Of a stretch of DNA of 64,000 bases, positions 1-12,046 are shown in pieces. The translations under genes and the position numbers were made by a program. Below the pieces are notes generated by a model, which ran no database searches, was not told the origin of the DNA, and saw only the letters and a program-made list of their open reading frames with translations. The first letter of the stretch is position 1; the number at the start of each line of letters is the position of its first letter. This DNA comes from Haliotis rufescens (taxonomy: Eukaryota): NCBI RefSeq assembly GCF_023055435.1, contig NW_025964223.1:44144001-44208000 (forward strand). The letters are read 5' to 3'.

Positions 1-793
1 AAATAACCATCGACCACTTTGCGAGCATTTACAGTTATAGACTCCAGAATTCGATATAGCGATTACCTGAGCGGCTTACATAAGTATGCATTTGCATTTA
101 AAATAGTTATGTGAACGGAACTTAGCATTTAGTACCGAAGAGTTTGTGCTAGTTGAAATGTATCTGAAACACACTGAACAATGTGTTACATGAATTCGTG
201 TTGCCATGTAGACAAACGTAGCCTTTGGTATGTGATACCGAGTTGTGTTAGCCTGAGACACATATCAGTAAAGCCATAGAAGAGTGCACATCTAATATAA
301 CTATGAGATCGTCGAGATGCATCATGTAATCAAGTTCATCTGTTGATCGAATTGAAGATAAAGCATGTACTACTTATGCTGGGTGATAAAAAAACAATAA
401 ACATTCTACGTGAAGAAAGGTCCAAGTAAAAGAAATCAATAAAGCAGGAAAAGGACAACAGTAACCCCACAAAAAAATGCACACAAGTTTTAGACCCAGG
501 TTTGAATATTTTCTATCTGCAGCGTCACATTACATCGTAGACTTTACAGTTGTCTTAGTTTCTATATACCTTGCCCTAATAAAATAAACACGAACATTTC
601 TATATACGTATTATACATGTAAATGCATATATATTCATATTCCAATAATTATTTGGACAACATTTATGCTAAATGAGAGTGAGTTCTCATACATCGAAAG
701 TTTCATTACTGTTGGTGATTACAGAGTCAAATCTAATGGAGCGACCTATCCGTGGCTGTCTATACAAAAGAACTATGTCACTCCTACAACAAT

Positions 794-1310
794 GCCACAA
801 AGTGTTTGGTATAATTACCTACAGCAATGAAACAATGTTGATTGAATGTTAATAATATACCATAAAGCCACTAAGTGTTTGGTATAATTACCTACAGCAA
901 TGAAACAATGTTGATTGAATGTTAATAATATACCATAAAGCCACTAAGTGTTTAGTATATTTACCTACAGCAATGAAACATTGTTGATTGAATGTTAATA
1001 ATATACCATAAAGCCACTAAGTGTTTAGTATATTTACCTGCAGCAATGAAACATTGTTGATTGAATGTTAATAATATACCATAAAGCCACTAAGTGTTTA
1101 GTATATTTACCTGCAGCAATGAAACATTGTTGATTGAATGTTAATAATATACCATAAAGCCACTAAGTGTTTAGTATATTTACCTACGGCAAAGAAACAA
1201 TCTTGATTGAATGTTAATAATATACCATAAAGCCACGAAGTGTTTAGTATATTTACCTACGGCAAAGAAACGAAGCTGATGTGAATGTAAAAATATCTAA
1301 TAATGCCACA
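794..1310. repeat. 73-bp minisatellite, about 7 units
   Basis: GTGTTT anchor at 802, 875, 948, 1021, 1094, 1167, 1240. Confidence 0.95.
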
Positions 1311-1585
1311 ATGTATTTATTTACCTAAGGCATAGAGATAATGCTGAATTTATATGAATTGGTGCCTTAAAGCATAAACGTAAAAACGAACATGCCAGGT
1401 TATATTAGTACGGATGTGGAAACCATAATATATTTTGCACAATTTACTAAAATATGTAATGGCTTGTATCAAGAGACCTGTATTATTATTAGAAACTATG
1501 TGCTTACTACATACATGTATGTCTCAGGAAAAATAATTTTTCATCCTACCTCACTACTGAAATAAACTAATCTGTTTGGTTGTTA

Positions 1586-1928
1586 CGAAGGGCGTTCAAT
1601 AAGTTTTGCAACTTCAATATATGACCAAGTCGACGAATATGTTTTGCACTTTTATTTTTCAATATAATCTCCACTCATCTCAATATACGTATTCCATTTG
1701 TCCTTGAAGCTTTTAATACCACTTTTATAGAAATCCGCAGATTGGCCCTCTAACCACGCCTCCGTGGCAGCCTTTATATCCTCGTCTTCGTGATGTAACT
1801 GTATAGCACCGACTTAGCCCTTAGTGACTAGTAAGGTGAATGGAGATTATATTGAAAAATAAAAGTGCAAAAGATATTCTGCCATTTGGTCTTATATTGA
1901 AGTTGCAAAACTTTTTGAACGCCCCTCG
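1586..1928. mobile_element. Mariner-derived non-autonomous element (MITE)
   Basis: TA-flanked TIRs CGA(A/G)GGGCGTTCAA.AAGTTTTGCAACTTCAATA; minus strand retains a mariner C-terminus (EAWLEGQSADFYKSGI...GDYIEK*). Confidence 0.85.
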
Positions 1929-4900
1929 TAGTATTGTGGCCTAGATGGATGTGGTTTTAGACGAATAATTGTGTGATACCAAATCCTGAAATTACACATA
2001 ATACACCCATTCACATGAACTATGGACAAAGTTGAGTCTGGAGATAACGTTTTAATGTTATTAATTATATTCCCATTTGTAATTTGCCATATCGACATTG
2101 TTTACCTGTGTCATGTGTCAATTGTATATCTGTAACATGCATATTGAAGTAACTATGAAATAAATATGAATATGCTTGTCCCATCACACTTTGTGTTCGA
2201 TCACATACATTAGGACACATGTTATGTTGTCATTTGTGACAACCAGTTAGCTTGAGTATGCCGAAATAAGAAAAACGGTTATCACAATAATTCTATTTTA
2301 TATTTCTGATACATATGTTTTGGTCGGTCGCTTTAGTGAGGAAAACATGTCATTATCTTTAAGTGCAGGATGCATGTTATTCCCATACTTAAAATTTATA
2401 TGAAAAGGCCAGATATACTTTAATTATAAAATGCATTTGATCAAACATTATTTAAAAGGGTCAAAAGTTACCCATATCCTGATTTTTTAGCTTAATATTT
2501 TTCTTAAGGAAAGAGAGCCCGGAAAAATGAAAATAAAAAAGAAATCAATAGAAATAAAAAATGAACCCAAATATATTTTGTCTTGTGGTTGGTTTTTTTT
2601 GTGCTGGTCGCTCGATTCGAAGGCCCAACGATAAAGACATACGTGTCCTTCCCTTACTGCTTCGTCCACAGAATCAGTGAGTGTTGTTGTAATTGGCTTC
2701 GGGCCCGGGGTTACCAAGGGACCTTTCAGCAGCTACTTATGCGTGTTGTCGTTCCGTGTCGCCATGGGAAGTCAAAGACATCAATCTGCAACTAGCACTG
2801 CCGTCAGATGCTACTTTCTCAAGGTCCTGGAGCGATGGGTCCACGGGCCGTAGCTTCTAATTACCTACATTGGCATTAATGTATCGTCGTACAACCATAC
2901 AGACATTAACGCAACACACGGTTTGAAACTGACATAAACATTTTTTAAACTTCAAACCAACTGTAAATGAAGGGCTCGTCACGGAATGGGCGAGGTTCGA
3001 CTCGACCTCGAGACCACAAAGCCCGCACTGCTTGAATCACCACGCGAAGCTCTTTTTAAGGTGTTACAGTCCGACGTGCCTGTCACGTGCCCTGTGGTTT
3101 CGTTTGGATTGGTTAAAACATATCAGACCATGGTTACATGTTGTTTTCGTCGTGATCGGAAAATTCCGACCGGTGAGTCACGATCAATTGATATCTTAAG
3201 CCTTATCTCTGGTAGTACGTTAGTGAGACAAATCGGTTCGATTCTCTGCATACTTATTTATACGTCAGAGCTTTAAATGTATTCGTACTCTTATCTCACG
3301 TGCAAGAACGGAAAGAGTACACAACGAAGAACATTGGACATGGAAATGAATCCTAAATAATTAACAGTTTGCACATTTAGTGAGTGAGTGAGTTACAGCT
3401 TTACGTCACATCGGCAATATTTCAGCCATATCGTGACGGCACATTTAGTAAAACACAAAGGAAACGTGTACTTTGAAATAATGTGATAGAGTTACATCGC
3501 GTCTCTGAAATGAAAATATTTTACAGAAAGAAACAGTTGTTAAACTACAGTAATAAAACATAATCAAAAGGAGCCAAGAAACGTTTTCATTTTCAGATGC
3601 TGCTGCAGTAATCTTAACCAAATATTATAGACTTGCATGGGCTTTATTGGATTTTTTTCGTTCAGGGTCTGTGTGACAGACAAATAATGCCAGTGCGTAT
3701 CAATTATACGTTATGCCTGCCTGTTATACAAACGTGTGCGATTTATAACCCAAACGTATTAAGCACAAACACAAGCAGCAATAGCTATGTTTACAAATGA
3801 TATAATTGTAGATTTGAATAAGTTGAAATGAAGGCGATATCCTCGCACAAGTGTTAATACGAAATAAATGTCAGAAACGATTATGGACACAGAGTATTAA
3901 CAATATTGTCAAAACATACATACAAAATTGTTATACAGCTATTATGAAGCTTTGAATTTCATTGATTAACCAATGGCCGTCGGTCAAAACAATTATGCGA
4001 AAATGAGGACCTATGACATAATGCTTGGATTTTACCTTATTTGGAAACACAGACTAAATTACTTTGAACGTATTGAACATTTAAAGCCATCATCGATGGT
4101 TGCCTGCTTTGGCATTTTTCACATTATAACAGTAGTTTTATTCGTAACTTCATCATATTTTTCTTACGTAACCAAAAACACTGAAACCGATCTTTGAATA
4201 TCATTGAAAATAGGTGATGCAAGTATTTTGACCCATCGCACGTGTAATATTAAGGTTTGGTTTGGTTTGGTTTGTTGTTTTACGCCGTACTCGGCAATAT
4301 TCCAGCTATATGACGGCGGTCTGTAAATAATCGAGTCTGGGCCAGATAATCCAGTGATTTACATCATGAACATCAATCCACGCAATTGGGATCGATGACA
4401 TGCATCAACCAAGTCAGCGAGCCTGACCACCCGATCCCGTTAGTCGCCTTTTACGACAAGCATAGTCGCCTTTTACGGCAAGCATGGGTTGCTGAAGACC
4501 TATTCTACCCCGGATCTTCACGGGTCTAATGATATTAAGGGCAATTCCATTCATGACATCATATTAGCACGTAAGTTCCATGTAAAATGCATGTATATAA
4601 CGTTTCTTGGTGTGTATGTATCTATGTATGTGTGTATGTTTGCGTGTCTGATTCTATCGAAAACCATTGTCATAGATTTTAGCAATAATTATGTTTGTTT
4701 CTTTTTACATCCATTCTTTTTGTTATTGTCTATTCAATTGTTTAATATATTACTATTTGATGTTTTGAGATCAAAATATTCGTTTTGGTCCGTTTTTTAT
4801 GCCACATGCGACTATGCAAACATATGGTATTCTTGAAATAGTACAGTATTACTTCATAACGCTGCGCACTGAATGATCCATCCATCTGGCACCTGATTAG

Positions 4901-5123
4901 TGAACTGACGTCAAGGTATGATTAAGCGAGGCTAGATGTCAAGCCTGTCTACGTAAACAGGCAACAAGCTGATGCCACCTGTTGTCGGATGGGATGGTGT
5001 TGTGGTGGCACATTGGTCAAAGGTGTCCTCCATTGCACTAGTACTCAACCAAGTCACAACCCCCGATCCATTTTGTCACATCTTACAAAAAGCACAAGTT
5101 GGTGGGGGCCTATCCTAACAGGA

Positions 5124-5398
5124 GTGAGTGAGTTGGGTTTAACGCCGCTTTTATCAGTATTCCAGTTATATCACGGCGTGTCAGCTTAATGTGGAAGGAA
5201 AGCCCGAAGTGAAGCAGGTCTTGGACGTTTACCACTTCGGTGAAACCCACGAGCAAGAGTACGGTGATGACAAACCTAGAAACATTATCGGGGCGAACTG
5301 GGATTCGAACAATCATAGGTTTCTGGCGTGCACAAGGGACGCAAATCAGCACAGCGAATCGCGGCGCCTTACACGGCGACTAGGCCACCCGTGCCCCC
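5124..5398 (-). mobile_element. tRNA-derived SINE, family A
   Basis: Head GGGGGCACGGGTGGCCTAGTCG, B-box GTTCGAATCCC, (ACTC)n tail, TSD TATCCTAACAGGA. Confidence 0.88.
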
Positions 5399-7182
5399 TA
5401 TCCTAACAGGATTCTCCACGAGATGCACAATAATTATGATAAATTTAATATGTAACCCTTTGTACAATGTGACGATGATTGTGATCTGCCATTGGCTTGG
5501 TAATCTCGGTCCATCCGATATTAACATATGTGAAATGTCCACAAGCATAATTATATTGTCAATTAAGTACATAATTTTCATAGACGCAATACATTGTGAT
5601 GTGACTATTTGTTTGTGGATTATAAAACAATATGGTCTTTATATAACGTAACGGGAAAAAACCGCAACGAATCTTGATTGATAACTCTCCGATTTCTCTC
5701 ACAGTGGTAATACGTTTATAATTTACATTGGCCGATACTATTACGTCAAGTGTGGTGTTGTATAAAGTTTCAATCATTGACATAGCCCGCGCCGGGATGG
5801 GATATGTCCTGCTGACAATCTTTAAACCTCACCTTAAGCGTCCAGAATCTGCAGAGAAATCCGAGGCGAGTGAGTGAAAAAATCTGCCACTTCTGTCTCG
5901 GATGTCATCTTGCATTGTTAACAGTCTGTAACTTCACTTTACACGGTTCTGAATCCGCAGCTAAATACGATGCAGGGCCAACAGAATGTATAATGTATAA
6001 TGAAAATATCTGAAAAAAACTGTCACATCTGTTTCAGATTTGGCTACAGATTGAGGACTGCTTTAGGTGAAGTTACACATTGCCAGTTGAAAACTATCGA
6101 CGCCAAAATCACATTTTACCACAGTCATGAAATCTATTACCCGTTAACAGTTTTTGACCCATTACAGTATAACTGATAGAATTTAACTTGTTCAAATATA
6201 TCAGTTGAGGGATTGTTAGTTTAACGCCGCATTCAACAATATTCCAGATATATGACGTCGTTTTGTAAATAATGGAATGTGTGTTTATAGACCGGACAAT
6301 GCAGTGACTACATCATGAGCATCGATCAAAGCAATTGGGATACGATGACACCCAGCCTGACAACCCGATTCATTCAGTCGCCTCTCACGACAAGCATAAG
6401 AGGCTGGGGACTTATACACAGGGGAACCTACACGGGTTTGTAATATATCATAACCACTCAAGGAACAAACGTTCATATGTAAGAAAACATCATAACTTAT
6501 ATGCGTTAGTGTGTGAGTAAATATATAAACGTACGCTTCTAGGCATTTCCCTCTAACGTGCAGCGATATGCCATCAGGTTACAACGCACAGTCATAAAGT
6601 AACGAATGTTGCAAAGGAAGTTTCATTCACAGTGAGTGAGTATGGTTTTACGCCGCTTTTAGCAATATTCCAGCAATATCAGGGCGGGGGACACCAGAAA
6701 TGGGCTTTACACATTGTACCCATGTCGGGAATCGAACCCGGGTCTTTGGCGTGACGAGCGAACGCTTTAACTACTAGGCTGTTGCTAAAAGCGGCGTAAA
6801 ACCATATTCACTCACTTACTCACTCATGCTGAATAAACAATATTACTCCCCACAACATGATTTGTTGACACTGAAGCATGAGACACGTTTAAATGCCTTT
6901 TTGTTGTTTATGCAACTATGCTATCAATTTTTTACTCATCAATTACAAATAAGGACTAAGTGTTAATACGGATTTAGCACTCCCATCAGACAATCGATCA
7001 CCTCGTCCCTTAATGTATCCCTTACTCCTTTTGATCGTATAATTAATTACCAGAGGCAATGCGACAGATGTGACCTAAACCAACAATTTCGAGACAATGT
7101 GTTTGTGATACCACATGTGCAGTGCTGTCAGTGATTCATGGTATGATGCTATCTACTGACACATAGAAATATATCACGGTTA

Positions 7183-7456
7183 GTGAGTGAGTGAGTGAGT
7201 GAGTTGGGTTTAACGCCGCTTTTAACAGTATTCCAGTTATATCAAGGCGTGTCAGCTTAATGTGGGAGGAAAGCCCGAAGTGGTGCAGGTCTCAGACGTT
7301 TACCACTTCGGAGAAACCCACGAGCACGGGTATGGTGCTGACAAACCTAGAAACATAATCGGGAAGAACCGGGATTCGAACCCAAAATCATAGGTTTCTG
7401 GCGTGCCCAAGGGACGCAACTCTGCACAACGAATCGCGGCGCCACCCGTGCGCACC
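7183..7456 (-). mobile_element. SINE family A
   Basis: Same body and tail; imperfect TSD TATC(A/G)CGGT. Confidence 0.85.
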
Positions 7457-10051
7457 TATCGCGGTAAGTAAACACACAGATTCTTCATGCATCAGTTATG
7501 ACATCATTACGTTCTACAGATGGAAATGAAAGCGACAGAACCCCTTCCATAATAATATCAAATCCCTATTAAAAGCAAAATCCTTTGTACGATTTCGTCT
7601 TTATGTATATCATCAGTATGTGTTTATGAATCATAATTATATTGACAATGTGATTCTGCTAGGTGTTGGCCAAAAGGTGAGCTCATCCTGTCCCATCGTT
7701 TTCTGACGTCACAAACACATGCACAAGTTCATCTAAAAAAAAACATTGAAACATCAGGATGCACTTATGTGTAACTTGTATGTCTTGCTGTGACAAATCT
7801 CAAACTCACATAAGTTTACGGTGCATCATTGTAGGGATTTTAGTCTTATACAGATCATACAGACACTTTTGTGAAAGATTACAGAACCAAAACACGTTGT
7901 TTCGTCACACCGACATGGTAAATTAACCTTTGTAACTAACTACAGGCTATAATAAGTACTCTTAAATAAATCTTTCACCATCTAACGTAATTTAAAACAT
8001 CTTTTTCATAATCTGTGTTTGGTATATTACATGATAGATATTTGTCTAATTATGACCTTTCAAAATATAAATACCAACTTGTGCTTTCGACTTTCTAAAC
8101 TTGTCCCATTAAAGAACACTTATTTTTTTAAGATACCATATGGCGACACATGCAGTCAGTAGAGGACAAAGCCCGAGTTTATGTCCATTCTAAAAAGTAA
8201 CGGCGACGAAGAACGAGGGCTCGAGAACTCCGTCAGTTAAAAAGATATATATTCCAGGTGCCAAATCGTCAAAATCGGCAAAGTTAAAAGGTATTTCAGT
8301 CCTAAAAGTACCACAAAAAACACAAAAAAAACCCACAAAAAAACAAAACGACAACCACCAAAGAATAAAGTCTCAGGGCCGGATAAAATAATATATTATT
8401 TATTCCATTAGTAAGCATATACGTTATCTTTCAATATATTATTACGTCAAATTAGCAGAGATGTTCAATATATGTGCTCTAACCTTGTTTTTAATCTATA
8501 ATATACAATATCAATAATAATATGTATTCATCAATAAATTGAGAAAGCTTAAATATTATTATCACATGTTTATATACAAATAGCCAGTTGGCTTCACAGT
8601 CAAAGCTGATCCCTCCACATTTCATCCAGAAGTAGCCTGTGAAGATCCGGGTTTGAGTTGGTCTTCAGCAACGCATGGTTGCCCTCAGAAACGACTATGC
8701 TTGTCGCAAGAGGCGACGAACGGGATCGGTGGCGGTCTGGCTCGTTGACTGGGTTGATGCATGTCATCGTATCCCCATTGCGTAGATCAATGCTCATGAG
8801 GTGAATCACTGGATTGTCTAGTCCAAGGTCCCTTCTTTACAGTCCAGCGTTATAAATCTGGATTATTGCTGTGTGCGGCGTTAAACAAACAAACACAACA
8901 AAAAATGAATGCATGTGTGTATCCCTGTTTTTGCATGGATATCTGCTTTCTCAGCCCTGATACATATCCCCCATCAACAATAACAATGCAGAGAGTTAAT
9001 GAGTGTAACTTGTTCTGAAGTCTTGACGTCCATTTATGGACGTTTTTGTCCAGAGCTAAAAAATCCACAAAACTATTACCAATTGTATGTTCAACAATAC
9101 ACTTATGTTTCTTCTGTTATTCTTGTTTCGCCTGGATTGTCTGGTCCAGACTTGATTATTTACAGACCGCCGTCACATACATGGAATACTACTGAGTGCG
9201 GCGTTAAACAACAAACAAACGAACAACATGAAGAAGGAATCAGAAAATAATGAAAATGGCAGCAGCTGTAGCGTATAGTGGCATAACAAAGGCTTTCTGT
9301 TAGGAAAAGAATGGTGTACAAGTGTTCTTGATTAATACTTCAACTGAAACACAGTTTGTCATTGTCCCCCTAGCCCCTGAATCCTCGGAGATGTCATAGA
9401 CGCCGCTAATGTCAATACTATAAAAGGCGATTCATCCAGCATTTCCATCGAGCAATTACCTACTTCTGTTCCACATTTAATGTGAGCATCCATCCTGAAT
9501 ACTCTAAAATAAAATTAGCAGACAGTCTTGTTCATCATGTAAAACTTAGCAAGCTCGACTATACAATAGATCGGTATTATATCAATACGAACTAACTTTC
9601 AAAGAAGTGCGTCCGATGCCATTCATTCATTTTCGCCGTCAGCAGCTGGCATCAGATGCACCTCTAACAGCCTGTGGTGGGTTTACTTATCGGTACATGA
9701 TTGATGAACTGACGAGAAAAGATGGGTTTGGCTCGGTATAGGTCGCTGTATGTGACACACAGGTTAAGCCTGTCTCATTTGAGTGACTAATGCCATTAGC
9801 ATGTGACATGTCAGTGCTGCAACACACGGTTGATTAATTTCACAGAAGCCATATGTTGTCCAATTTGATGAAGGAATAATGTCATATGCGACAATTTGAT
9901 TTGTAAAAAACGCACTCAGTAAATCATCCAATTATATTGCAACCACCTGTAAATGATCCAGTCTGGACGAGAGATTGATAGCAGACTTTAATCTCATTTG
10001 CAAAGGTCTGAAAATAATCGATTCTGATTTATATCATGTGCAACGCCGCCT

Positions 10052-10084
10052 CCCCCCCCCCCCCCCCCCCCCCCCCCCCCACAC

Positions 10085-10122
<38 letters not shown>
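10052..10122. repeat. poly-C and (CT)n microsatellite
   Basis: Direct inspection. Confidence 0.95.
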
Positions 10123-10126
<4 letters not shown>

Positions 10127-10260
10127 ACGCCGAAGACCCGGGTTCGATTCCCGACATGGGTACAATGTGTGAAGCCCATTTCTGGTGTCCCCCGCCCTGA
10201 TATTGCTGGAATATTGCTAAAAGCGGCGTAAAACTATACTCACTCACTCACTCACTCACT
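10123..10260 (+). mobile_element. Short tRNA-derived SINE family C (others about 6631-6780 -, 24005-24140 +, 40182-40320 -, 48313-48451 -)
   Basis: CCCGGGTTCGATTCCCGAC B-box, GAAGCCCATTTCTGGTGTCCCC body, GCTAAAAGCGGCGTAAAAC(ACTC)n tail. Confidence 0.82.
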
Positions 10261-10625
10261 CTCTCTCTCTCTCCAAACGTCAGTATTTTGGTGATGTAAA
10301 CCAAAGCACACATTCCGTTTTTAAATCAGATCCTCAGAAACCTGTCCTAGCATGATCTGTTAAGTCAACTGGTATTATTTCCCCTATATACACGCATATA
10401 TGTTCCAATGCTAGGAATGTTCTTTAGGAAATGAAACAATCACACAACACCATGTGTGTATACATAAATATATATCACAACCCTGACATATAGCTACGTG
10501 TATATGATGCCATCAATTACACAGTGCTAATTAGACATCTACATGACTTGTGGTGTCTAATGTGGTGTTGATTACATTATTCACCGTGTATAACACCTCA
10601 TCTGTGATAGTGATTATACACCTTC

Positions 10626-10679
10626 TATATAACCCAGTCCACTTTGAGTCCTTGGCATCCGAACCGAGAGACTATTAAG
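10626..10679 (+). promoter_or_regulatory. TATA box and short non-coding exon 1, copy 1
   Basis: TATATAA 10626-10632, CATC initiator-like motif ~30 nt downstream (10657), donor AAG|GTAAGT at 10679/10680; same spacing in five copies. Confidence 0.75.
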
Positions 10680-12046
10680 GTAAGTCAATCTGTGCAGGTT
10701 CTATTGAAATTCAAATAGATTTCATTGTTCGCCGCCGATTCTGTTCTGAAGATACTTTGATTAAGATTGTATTTGTTTGTGTCGCTGATCTTATCTCCGT
10801 GTACCCGACGGCTCAACAGTAGATGAAATACGTTGAATATGAACCCAAGCACTCGTCTGAATACGTGTATTACCCTTGAATATCCAGGTTAAATGGGTCT
10901 TCAGCAACCCATGTTTGTCGTAAAAGGCGACTATGCTTGTCTTAAGAGGTGACAAACGGGATCGGGTGGTCAGGCTCACTGACTTGGTTGATGCATGTCA
11001 TCGTATGCCAGTTGCGTAGTTTGATGCTCATGGTGTCAATAACTGGATTGTCTGGTTCAGGCTCCATTATTTACAGACAGCCGTTAGCTGGAATAGTGTT
11101 CGGCGTTAAACAACAACAACAACAACAAAAGAATACATGTGTGTATCCTCCCATGTTGAAAGATATTTGCTTTCTAATCTCTCAGCACCGATACACAAAC
11201 CTCATCAACAATAGCGATGCGAGTTTATGAGCACATGCATTATTGAAAAAAAGTGTAACTCGTTCTGAAGTCTTGACGTTTTGTTCATATCTAATTAAAG
11301 TCACCTGAACGGTTACCAATTGTCTTCTCCTTCAAACAGAAGAAATTTAACACTGTTTTTAATTTGACATCCGGCGTATGAGAATCCTCAGTCCCCCGTG
11401 GAGTATAGTTTTAGTCAGTCTGTACATTTGTCGTGTTTTTCATTTTCCACAGTCCAAAATTACTGCTTAGCCGTATCCTACAACAATCAAAGCTGTATTT
11501 TCTTGCAACCAGAAGTTCATTGGGGATAACATTGTGAATCATGTTTGTACATATCTAAACATACAGCAGACACCTTAAATACTTTTATGTTAAAGAAATT
11601 GTTTTCTACATTGTCTGAGAATGGACTCAGACACTAGAGAGTGATTAGTACACGTAGCCAAATGCTTCTCCAACTGGGCCATACGAGACAAGTCATGTTG
11701 GTGTTCCTCTGGTTATTTAGGAAGCTCACCTGTAATTTCAAGGAAGAAGTTTCAACGAAGAATCGGTATCTGTCAGAATGAGCTTTCGAGTTGGTCAAAG
11801 TAGCTGTCAGACACCAAAATACGTTAATAGAAGGTACTTGTTGTTACCCTGCCTGAATCATCTCGGATTAAGGGGCAAAAGCAAGGACTGGTCGGCTCGG
11901 AGTCTGTACACACAATGTACGTCGCTATTTAAGTGCAATAAGCTTGAACGCGACGTTAAACACCATTTCACCTAACCTCACCTCAATCAATGTGATAACT
12001 AATGTATGCACAGCTGATTGCTTTATGTGCCCATATCTGTTTCCAG

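Noticed and set aside
794-1310. Regular repeat array resembling CRISPR
   Set aside because: Units are contiguous with no unique spacers, the context is eukaryotic, and there are no cas genes.
2452-3276. GC-richer block bounded by TTAA-like sites, possible non-autonomous DNA transposon; ORFs 2583-2795 and 2986-3276
   Set aside because: No convincing terminal inverted repeats or protein motifs.
9994-10247. ORFs with poly-Gly and ER repeats
   Set aside because: Translations of poly-C, (CT)n and a SINE.
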